DNA of 64,000 nt, taken from the NCBI GenBank assembly GCA_905178155.1, contig CAJINV010000019.1:1248493-1312492 (forward strand), given 5' to 3'. A model generated the notes under the pieces. That model was given only the letters and a program-made list of their open reading frames with translations, did not search any database and was not told the DNA's origin. This document shows positions 38,666 to 52,200 of this stretch, one piece after another. Within the stretch, counting starts at the first letter, position 1; each line of letters starts with the position of its first letter. The position numbers and the translations under genes were made by a program. The DNA is from Amoebophrya sp. A120 (taxonomy: Eukaryota > Protista > Dinoflagellata).

Positions 38666-40509
38666 ATGGTCCAGCACGACGGTAGTATTCAGACCGACAG
38701 TAATGTCGGAGGTCCTTGCTTAGTGAAGGAGACAACGAAGCCACAGACAACGACTTCAAGCCCGTGCGGGGGCAAGATCGTGTCGTCTTCCCACCACCCG
38801 TCAACCTCCTCCACCAACAGCTTCAAAAACGTGGTTTTTGACTTTGACTCCACGGTGATCAAGTCGGAGTCATTGGAGGTCATGCTGGAAGTGGTCCTCG
38901 CAGATGATCCACTGAAGGAGAAAAAAATGAAGGAAATCGCGGCCTGGACAGAGAAAGGTATGAGGGGGGAGTTTTTTGTCATGCAGAATGTCATGTCGGA
39001 ACCTTGTTTGTCATGCGCGTTGCCGTGGCATACTTACTGTAATGGTACTACACACATCTGTTCTATCTCTCACTATCCACCTATACTTACAGGTATGAAT
39101 GGGGAGTGTTCGTTCAAAGAAGGGCTGGAGGCAAGACTAAAGATCGCTTCGCCCACGCTAGCCGATCTGGAGAAGTTTTGCCAGAAATACTGCCCGAGCG
39201 ACTTCTCTGCCGGGATGGAAGACTTGGTGGCGGAATTGCACAAGTCGGGGCACTATGGATTGCAAAAATGTCTGGGTCTGGAAGGGAGCAGCTTGTCATG
39301 CTAAATCCGAATCATGCAAAAATCTGTGCTGCATGAGTGCCAAAAGCTGTCCACTTTCGTTCGACCAAGTTGGCAGGGAGTTTCTCATGCAGGACAGGCA
39401 TGATAGAGACCCCACAGACTCTGTCATGCTAGGTCCCGCATTCCAGACCTCAAGGGTCATGGAAAACCTGCATGACAAGCCTACACTCTTCCAGACCCAG
39501 ACATATTTGCAATGCATAGGCACGAGGTTTTCATCCTGTCCGGGGGATTTAGGGACCTCATATTGCCGTTTGCAAGGTATGAAAAAAGTGATTTGTCATG
39601 CTTGTCGGCTCGCAATGGAGAAGGCAATCTGTGCTTAAGCATATGATTCAAACAGACGCCCTCTACAACTATGTGAAGATTTTGCGAGAGGGGAATCTTG
39701 TGATGCAGATTATGTGTCGTGCTCGTGTACCAACAAAAAACAAAATCAGGCACTTGCACGTCCCAGACGAGAATGTGTTCGCAGTGGAGATAAATTGGGA
39801 TTCCGAGGGCCGCTTTGACAGCTTGAATGAGACAAACGGCTTCGCTATGCATTGCAAATATGTCTGGGTCTGGAAGAATGCAAACTTGCGATGCGCATTT
39901 CGCAACACATAAAAATCTCTCATGCGCAGGCAGCAAAAGCTGCCCCCTTTCTGTCTCCAAAGTGGGGCATTTGTCATGCGGATTCGGCATTGCGGGAGCT
40001 TGTCGAAGCCTGTCATGCTAGAGCTTCCATGCCAGACCTTCTGTGTCATGCAAAAGTAGCATGATTCTTCCAGACCCAGACATTTTTACATTTGATATTC
40101 GCTGTGTCCAAGTTAGACGGCGCTGCGAAGATACAGCACCGCTTCGCTGACGGTATAGAAGTTGTACATACTTACGTTAATTGCATATGCTTTTGTTCTT
40201 TAGATCAAAACTTTATCGAAAGTTTCGTGAATTTCACATTTGACTGTCTTTTACCATAAGTAGATGGATGCAGCCACCTTAAAAACTCCAGGTCGCACCG
40301 TCGCGATTGGCGACGGGTTTACGGACTACAAGCTCTACGAATCTGGGATCTGCGCCGATTTTATCGCGTATACCGAGCACGCCGCGCGGGATAAGGTCAT
40401 CGCGGTCGCGCCCAGGTGCGCTCCGGATGCAGTGACGCTCTGGAAGTACCTCCTGACGAAGCAGTGCGACAGTGGCGTAACAACGCGGGCGAGCACCACG
40501 ACCGAGTAG
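38666..40509 (+). CDS. HAD-IB family phosphoserine phosphatase-like protein (~289 aa); 2 introners plus 3 GT-AG introns (38958-39092, 39577-39749, 40153-40291)
   Basis: Spliced length 870 nt in frame. HAD motif I FDFDST, motif II LSGGF, motif III SK, motif IV IGDGFTD. Confidence 0.9.
39254..39518. mobile_element. Introner family A (similar to 28030)
   Basis: Family A TIR; DR ggcac/ggcac. Confidence 0.95.
39846..40097. mobile_element. Introner family A (similar to 57075, 61936)
   Basis: Family A TIR; DR ttcgc/ttcgc. Confidence 0.95.
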
Positions 40510-42140
40510 GAGAGCTGCAAATCATGTTGTCCGCGATCTATTTCTCCTGCAGAACGACTTTCTACTTTTTTTGTGCGCTCCCGCTCAAGTTTTATGATGT
40601 ACACCCAAACAACTTCTGTAACTACTTGAAGTGCATCAAAGTGAACTACTACTCCCTGTAACCATAGTCCGACCTTCATCTACTGCTCTTGAAGTTCTAA
40701 TAGTACAACAACTTTTGAACAATCTTAGGATAATCCATTCTGCCGATAGAACTGTGGACGATTTTTATAAGACGGAGCGAGATCATGGGTAAAAAAATCA
40801 ACAACCTTGTGATCATCACAACATTATGTGCATCTTTTGTAGGGAGCCGCCGCGGCGCTGAGACTAACAACAATCTGAGGATGAATCAATCTTGTGCAAC
40901 GTTGATTTTCGTGCAACAGTATGCAACGAAAAAAGAAAGATTCAGATTTTCATCCTCTATTGTGTATGAGTTTCTTGCGCAAGAATGAACTTGTGAACAA
41001 ACGCGGCATCTGACGATGACCTCTGGGTCAAGAAAGGGCTGCAAGTATGAGAAAAATATGCCGGGGCCGCAGGAGTACACGAGAACTTTTTTAGCTGATT
41101 GTGAAAGTGCGAAAAGATGAACTTGGAATGTACACTACTTTTCATCAATACTGCCAAGGAAACTACTACACTCCAGAGCTAATTGTCACCTTCGCACGCT
41201 TTGAGCGACGAAGTAGAGAACAGAATAAAATCTAGAACTCTATCATGCAAGAAAAGGCCGCTTCGTTTATAGAGAAACGCAAATGACGAAGCGGCTTTTG
41301 GGGAAATAGTTTTCGTTACATTAGAGTCCTACTTCTACCTCCACTTTGTACACGAACTGGAAATAGACTTCCTTGCAATTTAATCACCAGCATCCTAACT
41401 ACGAATGCACAGAGCTTTCCACTACTGGCCTTCCTTATCTTCTGTCGCGAGTTGTTCTCCTCGCTGCGACTAGCGACGGAGCCGATTGAGGAATAAGGTC
41501 AAAGTTTCTAGGCGATGAAAAAATGGGTATAATTCTAATCGACGATACAGTGTACGAGGACTGAGTACATGAGAACTTGCAATGGAGCAAGAATGATTTC
41601 GGACTATCAGGAAACCGCAATTTTTTAGACATTTGCTACCCCAGCATCGCGACAAAATTGATTATATCTACCCGCGAGCTATATTGACAAGAAGCAAGAA
41701 GCAGGAGAAGAATTACTTCCTCCAGACGCGGAAATTTTGCCATCACATCCTGCACTCCATTTGTTCCGGTAGGAAATTATCGCTGGCATAATAACAAGCG
41801 TTGGAAGGTAGTATTATCTTCGCGGGGAACTACAACAAGGGAATCGGTGGCGCCACAAGCTTTGACACCTCGCGCATGATCGGTTAAGAAAGAAATTTGG
41901 AATGATGGTTGAAAACCAGTAGGGCGCTCCTGCAAGTGGTAGTCGTGAATAAGTACTTACTTTTCCGAGAGGCACGAAGAGCACGCCGTGAACGTGTGGT
42001 CACGAGGTCACTCATCGTCAACATCTTTTGGCAACTGTCTTCTCTTGTAGTGTGAGCATTTTTCGATTTCGAAAATAGGTTCGGATAGTACTTTCACACG
42101 TTGGTAGAGTTCTTACGAGCTCGGGGTTTTGTCATAGAAG

Positions 42141-43936
42141 ATGAGGCGTCTTTGTTCTTCACGCGGGGGCATCTTCGCCCAGACACCACGAGCCCAGCAG
42201 ATTGTGTGTGGCTATCGTTCTCGGGGATGCCCCCGACCGAGGAGGAAGCTGGCAGAGCGACATGTAGTTCCACTTTCAAATAGATCCCTGACCCCGGCCC
42301 AGCGTCCCTTCGCCACCATGCGCGCTGCAGTGTTGGAAAAGGATCAAAAATCGGAGATGAACAATACCTTGAACTCCCCCATCGACTTGCCAATCTACAA
42401 TTTGGAACGCCCCAAACCGAAGGAAGGCGAAATTCTGGTCAAGACCGCTGCGGCGGGGGTGTGCCACACGGACTTGCACATCATATTAGGCCACATCCCG
42501 TTCCCCAAGCCCGCGGTAATGGGGCATGAGCTTGCGGGCGAGATTGTGGAGTTCGGCCCAAACACGTCGCGGGACAGAATAGCGAGCGAAGCGAATTCGA
42601 CTTCCAGCAGAAGAAAAGAGGCACTGAAGATCGGGGACAAAATAATCGGGACCTTCATCATGCCCTGTGGACACTGTCACCAGTGCGAGAACAACCAGGA
42701 AGATATCTGCGAGACGTTTTTTCAGCAAAACAGGTTGAAAGGATGCTTGTTGGACGGGACGACAAGGTTGTTCGACGCCGGCTTTCATGAAAATGATGGA
42801 CATCATGGAGAACAAGCTCGTTCTCATTCGCACAATGACAAAAGCTCCACCTGCAGTGCGCATTCGCATGACAAAAAGGCCACAAGAACATCGCACCAGA
42901 CCCACAACCATCAACCACAGTCCTACGCTATGTACTCCATGTCCGCTTTCGCCGACTACTCCGTGATTCCCGAACGCGCCGTGCACAAACTCCCAGACTC
43001 GCTACCCTACTTCGAGTCCTCCATCATTGGCTGTGCGCTTTTCACAGCATATGGCGCGGTGAAAAACGGCGCAAAACTGGAGTTGAGAGACAAGCAACTG
43101 GAACTCCCCCACTCCCCCACCATCGTGATCTTCGGCGTGGGAGGCGTGGGGTCGAATTTGGTGCAGGTGTGCAAGTATCAAATGTGAAAATGTCTGGGTC
43201 TGGAAGAATGCGAGTTTGTCATGCTTGTCTGGCATGACTCTTAAATCTGTCATGCACATTGCCAAAGAGCCCCACTTTTCCGTCATGCACAGACGTAGTT
43301 CGTCATGCAGAATAGGCAACAGCTAGAAGCTCAGGAACTTGTCATGCTGAGCCAGCAATTGTGGTCTCCTCATGATACGCCACACAGCATCACAAGTTTC
43401 CAGACCCAGACATTTTTACATTTGATAGCAAGGCGTTTACCGGGGAAGGAGCGAGGATCATCGCGGTGGATAAAAGTTTGGACCGACTGCTTTACGCGAA
43501 GGAAACCATGGGCGCGACGGACTTCGTGCACATTGAGGACGGGATGACGGAGGGCGAGATCATACGAAGAATACATTCGAAAACACCAAATAATAGTGGT
43601 GCGGATGTCGCGTTTGAAGTGATCGGGAACAAGTTCACGGCCAGACAGGCCGTGCTGTCCCTCGCCCCCGGCGGGAAAGCGGTGTTGGCGGGTTTGACAA
43701 AACCGGAGATCCAGATGGAGTTGCCGATCACGCACATTGTGAGGCGGAAAATAGAAATCGTCGGGAGCTTCGGGGCGAAGGCCAGTGTGGATACGCCGGA
43801 AGTGCTGAAGATGCTGGAGAGGCGGGAGTTGTCGCTGGAGTCTGTGAGCGAAAGGTTTTCGCTGGAAGAGGTCAGTGCAGCATATAACAAATTGTATGAG
43901 GGAAGCATAACCGGGAAAGCGATTGTGGTGATGTAA
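42141..43936 (+). CDS. Zinc-binding medium-chain alcohol dehydrogenase (~512 aa, or from the ATG at 42318); 1 introner
   Basis: GVCHTD, GHE, structural-Zn cluster CGHCHQC...C, Rossmann GVGGVG, C-terminal GKAIV. Frame is restored by removing 43176-43432. The Arg-rich N-terminus may be a targeting peptide. Confidence 0.92.
43176..43427. mobile_element. Introner family A
   Basis: Family A TIR; DR gcaag/gcaag. Confidence 0.95.
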
Positions 43937-44149
43937 CTACTGCGAGTATGAATTTATTGAGTTTGCGGCTCGTGAAGCTGGAACCCTCGGGAACGTGGAG
44001 TGTTGCGTCTTGTGAAAACGGGCGTCATGATGCAAGGCCGAGTAAGCTCGTGCCTTCAGGTCCAAGTAGCTCCGCGAGGGATAGCTGAACAAAAATGAAG
44101 TCACTTTCAATTTCATTGTGAGCTGCAAAGAAGGAAGATGACATTATCC

Positions 44150-45850
44150 AATAATATTGGAATCCCCGGTGTTCGTTGACTACCCTCCGGAAAAAGTCCG
44201 GCGGCCGTGCCTGGTTTCTTGTGAGCCGTGTGATGTCCTGCGTCGTCTCTTCTGGATCATCGCGATCCTCTCGGGAGCACCAGGCCAAGGCGGCAAAGCC
44301 GCCGACGTTTGCGCCTTCCATTCGCCCCTCGACAGGCACCGGCATGCGGCGTCTGGGAACATAACAACGACTATGGTGATAGTTATCACGCGCAGGCCCC
44401 TCGTGCCCGCGCCGGCCGCTCTTCCCGAGAAGGGCGCGGCCTTGGGTGCAAGTGCCATCTCTCTGGGCCCTCCTGCGGCGGCTGAAAAGCACATCGCGAG
44501 GAGCATGGGGGCGGTGCGCTACCGGATGGGCCAGGCGGGAGAATGCGGCGGCAAAGAGACCAACTAGGCAGGCGGTGGCCTGCAGGCAGGAGCTGGGTCC
44601 AGTGGCCTGCTTTTCTGCCCTCGGGTGGATGATTATCAGATTGAAGGTGGGGACAGCCATGAAAAAACTATGTGCGTCGACTCGAAAACTCTGGACGTGT
44701 GCCCAATGTCCCATATCCTTTTCAATCATGATAAAGATGGTTATTGGGCCCCCGCTTGCCGGCTTGCCGGGCGCCGCTCTTTTGTGGGCCCTGAGCTGGC
44801 CCCGTACCCCTGCGCGGCGGGCCTTGCGGGGCAGGGCGCCCAAAAGCCGTGGCGGCGCCAGCAATGTCTTGGCGGCGCGAAAGGCCCCCCGCTGCGGATC
44901 TGCGCCAGGGGGGTTGGGGCGCGGCGGGGGCTCGCTCTCGAACATCAGGAGCATCGAAATAAGCCAAGCTTCGAAACCCCGCGCAGAGCAACAGATGGCA
45001 ATCGGTGCGCCGCCTGTCGTAACTGGGGCAGCGGGCTCCTACAGTGCGGCACCATCATCGATCGGCGTGGGGCAGCAGCTGATCCCTTTTGTTGGGTGCT
45101 TCGCGCAGTGGCAGGCGGTCGGGGCGCTCGTTCTTTGGCAAGCATACAACGAACACGGCGCGTGGGGTCCGGGCCCGCTTTTACTCGCCGGGCGCCGCAT
45201 TTTGCTGCCCCTGCGCTGGTTGGGCCTTTGCCACTGCCGGCGCGCCCCCCCGCCCTCGCCAGCGGCTGACGGCCGCCCGCCACTTGCTGCCGCACACGCA
45301 GGGCCCCCGGCCGGCGCGTGCTGCGCGTCCGTCCCGTCCGTCCCCGCCCGGCTGGCGCCCGCCAGTCTGCGCGCTTTCCATCCCCGCGTCCTCGAAAAAC
45401 TCGCAGCGAGGGACTGGAAACGAAAACGCGCAAAGAAGGCGGCGCAGGCTGGGGCGGATGAGCCCGCGGATTCTGTCTCCGCTAGATCGCGCGCAGCGGT
45501 CGGGCATTTTGCGAATGGGCTTCCCAAATGAGAAACCCGACACGAACGCGGTCGCGGAAGGGCTAGGCGCAACCGCTGGGCCGCTGACCTCTTGGCGTTT
45601 GCGGTGGTTCGTGAAAGAATTTCGGGCCGGCCCCGCTGGCGCTGCCGCGCTGCTTTCCGCAGTGGCGCGTGGCTTCACGCATGTTGCGGCTGCGCGCGCG
45701 AGTGCCCGCCCGTCCGGGCGGGCGGCTGGCGCCGCGCACCTTTTGCAGGTTCGTTGGGCAGATGAGGGCGGGCGCGCCTCGGGTTTTCGACATTCCCGCG
45801 AGCTTGGTGTCCTCTGTCAGCAGATTGCACACCCATACTCCTCCAATGTG
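44150..45850. other. GC-rich intergenic segment of unknown nature
   Basis: Visibly more GC-rich than its flanks; overlapping Ala/Arg/Pro/Gly-rich ORFs on both strands with no recognisable domain. Confidence 0.4.
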
Positions 45851-46182
45851 TAGCCCAGCGACGCTGTTTACCGAGTACCGAGATCGACAGAGTAAATGTT
45901 CGCTCTAGTAGTTCGAGGGCGGTGCCCCAAAGAAAGTGCTCAGGTTGTGAAGATCTTGGGAAAATCCACATAAACATCGGTTCGGCCTCTCGGTCTATAG
46001 GTCGGACAAGATCCACGAAGAAGCGCTTCGAATTTCCCTTCGAGAAACTACATCAGTTCATAACGATCAATTACGTAGTACCTGTGCCACTTCACTTTGA
46101 AAGTTAACTTTTCACAACTTTTGCAACCCCAATCCCGGTGGATACACAAACGAGCTATTGTTTCACACGACAAGAAGAGATC

Positions 46183-48751
46183 ATGCCCTTCCTCCGCACT
46201 ACGACTACCACAGGCGGCACAGACCGCCAGCCCCGCAGCTCCACTCACATCTACTACAAGCTGCTTGGTAACAGCTCCGAAAAGAGCAAGAAAATCGTCC
46301 TCGTCCACGGGATGTCCGCTCGGCACTGTGACTGGTACGGCTTCGCCAACGAGCTGATTGCGGATAATGACGCCGAGGTCTGTCTGATCGACCACAGAGG
46401 CGTCGGTTTTTCGGTGGACGAGGATGAGGAGATGTTGCCACCCGCCGGTCATATGAGTGCCGGCTCTGAGCAAAGCAGATCTCCTTCGTCCTCCTCTTCG
46501 TCTTCGAGAGGTGGAAAAAATGAGAATAAACCTCCAAGTACTACTTTTTTCTCTACCGCGCGGGAGCTGGTTTCCCGGGATTTTTGGTCCAATTCCTCTA
46601 TGGAAGCCTACGCGGAAGACGTGCTCGACGTGATACTTCACGGCTGTAAATGGACAAAATTCCATCTCATGGGCCTGAGTCTCGGCGGGATGATTGCGCA
46701 GAAGTTAGCGCTACGGATCGCGAACATGGACAACATTAGCGATCAAAATAGTAAATCACCAAGGTCAACAAGAACAGTACACAATCTGGAGATCGAATCT
46801 TTATCCTTAATAACGACCAGTGGGGAGCTGCATTTTGGGTTCAGTGCGCGGGGTTTGGCCCCGCTTTTCTACAACATGTTCCGGATGACCGCAGCGCGAA
46901 CGAGCGAGAAGGCGGGACGAGGGGAAAAGAAGAAGAAGAAGAAGCAGGCGATTGCCCCTGCTGTGCCTCAACAAAGCGAATCAGCAACAGTCGCAGGGGT
47001 CGCTCCCTGTCCCAAAAGGACTACAGTCGGGGTAGCGACAAGAAGAAGTGGCGACGCAACTGCTGATGACCAGACGAAAAATCTGCCGCAAATGCCCCCG
47101 GCTAGAGAGCTTCTATCGGAAAAAGCACGGAAGTCTTGGGAAACTGCGTTGCAATACTTAAAACTGCTGTACAGTGAGGAGTACTTGGAACAACGCGCGG
47201 AATTTTCTCTAGAAGAGCTCCGTGAACAGTTTGAAGAAAGGCATACCCCATTTGTAGTGCCCCCGCAGCAAGAGGAGCTCAGTTCCAAAATGAGTTCTAC
47301 CGCAGCTTCCCATGATGCGACTGCGGATGTGGAGACAGGCCAGCATCTTCGAGACCAGCGACAGGACCACTCGGAACAAGACCCCTCAATTACCACGCTC
47401 TTCGAGAAATTTGTGCAAATCTTGCTCTACTTGATGAAAAAGAATTTGAAGGAAGTGGTAGCTGATGTTGCAGACGGGAACAAGGACGACTCAACAGAGC
47501 CGGCACATTCTTATCCAAGCGGTAGTGACACTGAGAGTGGCGATAATTCTGGCGCGGAAGATGATCACGGGAAAAATAGCATGTCTTCGACCACGCACGC
47601 CGAACAACGGCACGAAAAACTTCGGAAAACGCGTTTCTCTTGGTATGACAGTGCACAACCCTCCCTCCCCTCATTTGTCATGCAAAATACCCCATCCACC
47701 CTTTGACTCTTAGCACTGTTTGCATGACAAGTTCTGGCTGCCTCAATAGCACTACACTCCCGTGCAAATTTGTCATGCAAAATCGGCATTCTTGCTTAGG
47801 CTTGTATTGCCGTTCATGCGATACAAATGAGGGGGAGGGGGAGTTGTGCACTGTCATACTTGGTCCTCCACAATAACGACCCTAGCCTGGCTTATGGCTC
47901 GCTCCAGGGTGGTCGACGAGGAAGAGATTCTCGACTTCGCTGCGAATCATTCCCGAAATTTGACGCAAAGGCTGGAATCCGTCGCGAACAAGCTGCCGTT
48001 TGAAAAGAAAAAGCAGGAGGATCACGACGAAATAAATCCCTCAACAAGTAGAAAAAGCCATTATCTCACCACCGTCATCGTCCCCTCCACCGCTTTCAAG
48101 ATTGTGCTCAAACAGATGAAAGCCGGGCTTTTCTTCTCCAAACTAACGGCGGAAGAGAGTAGGAAAATCAGGTCCAAGGTGAAAAAAATTTCCGTGATAG
48201 GCGCCAGTTTGGACAAAATCCTTCCGGAGCACGCGTCGCAGGCGTTGGCGGTGGATTTGGAAGCCGATTTATTCGTTCGGTTCGAAAACAGCGGCCATAT
48301 GCTGTTCGACGAGCATCGATTGGTGTGTACGACGGTGTTAAAAGAGTGCGTTTTGATGAAGACGGGAACAATAGAACCTAGTACTTCATCTTTTGTAAAG
48401 CCGGTGGAAGTTCGTGTTCTTCGACCAAAGAGAGGACCTGCTTTTGCGTACAATTCCACTGCCCCATCAACATCTACCTCCAGACTCCTGAGGGAAGCCC
48501 TTCTGAAGAAGCCATCTCCAGACCACGAAACCTCTGCGATTCAGCAGGTAAACACGAAGATCGACTCTGGCGCCCCCTCGGTGCCATGTGAAGTCGTGGA
48601 GATCGATACTGGAAAAACTGGCTTCGCTCTGTTTGACCTGGAATCTGCAAAGCTGGTGGTGTCGACGCGCGGGAGTCATCAGAAAAATGTCGTTGGCTCG
48701 ATGAAGAACAGCGCATGGAGATGGAGCACAGATGGCAAGGCTAAGCTGTGA
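46183..48751 (+). CDS. Alpha/beta fold hydrolase with long low-complexity insertions (~782 aa); 1 introner
   Basis: LVHG oxyanion motif, IDHRGVGFS, nucleophile elbow GLSLGG, acid residue in GASLDKI, catalytic His in SGHM. Spliced length 2349 nt in frame. Confidence 0.88.
47644..47858. mobile_element. Introner family C (similar to 20714)
   Basis: TIR tatgacagtgcacaac; DR cttgg/cttgg. Confidence 0.95.
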
Positions 48752-49296
48752 AGAAAAATGTTGTGAAACGGACGACCACGGGGCTCTTGTCTAGCAGAGG
48801 CTGCTTCCAGTAGAAACTGGATGAGTGCAAATGAATTTTGGTTCTCCCACAGCATGATGTGAAAAGACCACATTGTGAAAGATCGCAATTCAGGTAGATG
48901 CTGATTTCTCAAGCGGTTCCGGAAATACACTATGGCAGAGGATGAAAGATATGTTCGGGGTGTGGGTTGGATACGAACAAGCGCGGTGCTACGGTGTCTG
49001 CCCAACAGCGCACTATCGTTGCGTCTGAGCGATTTGAGTGGGTGCACTGGTAGAGCAGAAGAGCAGCAAGAGAGTGTAAGGAATGCAGCGACGTGAAGAC
49101 GAGACTGAGAGTGTGTTTGAGACGAGAGTGATGAATGCAACAGAACGTGCGAAGTAGAGTTTGGTCTCGTCTTGTCGTAGTAAAAAATGCGAAAAAAATG
49201 AAAATTATGTAGCGCAACAAGAGCAATGGCTTGTTGCCACGACCGTTTCATCTCGCTACATCAACTTTTGTGGCCACCTGCGTCGCCGTCCTCTGG

Positions 49297-52200
49297 ATGC
49301 AGCGCGTGACACCGGAGGAAGAGCAGCACGAAATTATCCCGGGTACTTCTACCAGCATGGCGGATAAACCACCACCGACGGACCCGACATCCGAAGGTCC
49401 TGCGGCGGATCAGGCAGACCAGGGCTCTGCAGTGCCAGGGAGCGCGCCACGTGCTGAGGAACCGGGGGCTTATGCTGGAGCTGCGCCCGGGGGCAGCGTC
49501 GTTGTAAGCACTGCTTCTGCCACCGCCGGCGACGATGACACGGCGAAGATGCCGGTCTTGCCTTTCGATGGAACCGGTGCGATCACTGCAGACGCTGTGC
49601 TTCCCGACAGTAGTAGTTCTAAACCCCCAGCACCGCCCTTCAAAGAAATCCTCATCGCCACCCTTCACGACTACTTCGTGCAGTTCCACGCTTTGTACCT
49701 GAAATCCTTCCTGACCATCCGCAATTCCCCGTCCGTTCTGTGCAGCATCTGGTTAATCCCCATTCTCTTCCTGTTTCTGCTAGAAGGGGTCCGACTCCTG
49801 CAAAAACAACCTCTAACCATCCAGACCTTCGACGATGCGGTCAATGCGGGGAAGAACAGACTCTCCGGGAACACGTTTCCCGATTGCATGTATTTCGACC
49901 AGTACTACGCAGACTTCCAGCGGCACCAGGAAATGTACCCCTGTTACCACTTGCTCTACGGGGGCAGTACAGCTTCCGCAACATCATTTGCCAGCTCTGT
50001 CGTGAACCAGCTGCAGCAGAACAATCCGGGTCTCCGGACGATGCAAGTTTTGACAGAAGAAGCGTTTTTTTCCGCGACCTACTACGAGCCGGGCCGGTAC
50101 GACACGGGGCTGTGGTTTTCGAGCGAGAAGAAGTACCGCGTGTGGGTGAACGACACGAGTGCGGAGCTGTATGAGCGGTATGGGGACTATTACCACTACG
50201 GGAAAGTGCAAGCGGCGGTAGAAAACGCGATCTTGCAGGTGGAAAGCAGTGATGCAAATAATGCGGCACAAAAATCGCCGTCCCTGGAAATGACCCTCTC
50301 CCGTCTCCCCAACATCGACACAGTTGTCCCGACGAACACTGAGTTGCAGTACGATTTCCAAGCGCGGCGGGACTTTTCTTACTTTGACGACATGGGGGCG
50401 GTGATCATCATCTTCGCGCTAACCCTCTCCGGCAGTAGCATCATGCACTTGATCGTGCGGGAGAAGAGGAATGGCACGTTGAAGCTCATGCGGGTGATGG
50501 GCTTAAGAGAGCTCGTCTACTGGCTCGCGTGGCTGACCACCTTCATGGTGTTTTTCTTCCTCGGGTCGATTCTCTTCGCGTTTTCCGGCAAGCACTTCAC
50601 TGACGTGAAATTTTTCACCCACACCGACTTCTCCGTCATCGTTTTTGTTGCGTTCTGCTACCTGACCTGCTACGGCGCGCTGACGCTGTATGGATGTGTC
50701 AGGTTTGAAATCGTCAAAGTTGAAATAGTTTGTCATGCATAACACGGATACCAGCTAGGCCTACAGTTTGTAGTCGGCGCATGACAAATTTTCCCGTTCC
50801 TGGAAGCGAGTCTGTCATGCGGTTTAGGGCAAAGGAGCTGCCTTCTGTCATGCTAGTTAGCAGTCCAACTTTTGACCCTTGCCAGGACTATAATCTGCCT
50901 CCCGTGGGTCCTCTGCAATAGAGTCACTTTCTGTATCGCATTTTATGCATTACAAATTATTTTTTCAACTTTGACGATTTCAAACCTGACGCTTCCATAC
51001 GCTGTTCTTCTGCTCGTGGATTATCAACTGGTATGCCTTGCTGGGGACGCAGATCGCCTTGATCGCGTTTCCGATCTTGTTTTACATCCAAATGACCGAC
51101 ATTACGTGGTCCTCGATCACCTGCTATCCTGTGCAAAAGTATCGTACTGCAGTCATGCAGTACAAATCATCTTCTTAAATCTAAATCCGCATCACAAATT
51201 TTATTGCCAATGCTAAGGAACAAATTTGTAATGCATTTATACGAGTACGATACTTATTTTGCAATTCATACCTGCCCGCAAGACTGGTGGAACCGGCAGT
51301 ACCACCCGGAGAACCAACCGGTGTGGGTATCCTGAGCAAAAACGTCCCCACCCCATAGTCAAGATGGGAAATCTGCTACAGAAATCCCTGAGCTTTGGCT
51401 GTCGCGCATGACAAATCTGGGCGCGCAATGTAGTTGCGCTTATCTAGTCCAGCAGCATCACAGATCCAGTTTGTCATGCTAACTCGAGCATGACAAATCT
51501 CAGATCACCACTAGAAAACGCCTCTCATGGGTCTCCGCATGACAAACATTTTGGGCATGCAGAATTGCATTGCAACTCTGGGGTGGGGACGTTTTTACAC
51601 AGGATAGTGGATCGTGTTGTTCCACTTGATGCCGTGGTGGCATCTGGCGAAAATCGTTCAGAACATCTACGACGTCACCGGGGTGAAGGAGGGAAGAAGT
51701 GTGAAACACTCTGCGGAGCGGTATTTTGAGCAGTTTAACAACGAGACAAACAGATTCACGTTTGACCTTTTGTGGAAAGAAGTCGGGTACAACCAAAACT
51801 ACGGATTCCCGAAAGACGGCGTTTCCTCTTCCGTCCGGTATGCATTTCAAATATGTCTGGGTCCAGAAGAGCGCAAACTTCTGATGCGCATTTCTCATGA
51901 CACAAAAGTTTGTCATGCATGGACAGCAAAAGTGGTTCCCACTTCTTGTCGTCCCCGAAAGCGGGGATTTGTCATGGGGGTTAGGCATTGAGAGACCTCC
52001 TCAAAACCAGTGATGCTAAGGATTGCATGCCAGGCATTCATGGCCAGGCAAAGACAGCATGACAAACATCTGCATTGATCCAGACCCAGACATATTTGCA
52101 GTTGATATCCGCCCCACGGACGCCATGAACTGGACGTTGACGACGAGAAACCCGTCTTATCGCAAGAAGAAACTGTATCACTGTGAACTTGTGATGCATA

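Noticed and set aside
44025-45853. ORFs of 250-360 aa in the GC-rich segment as genes or a transposase
   Set aside because: They are overlapping on both strands and Ala/Arg/Pro/Gly-rich as expected from high GC; no DDE, RT or other motif was recognised.
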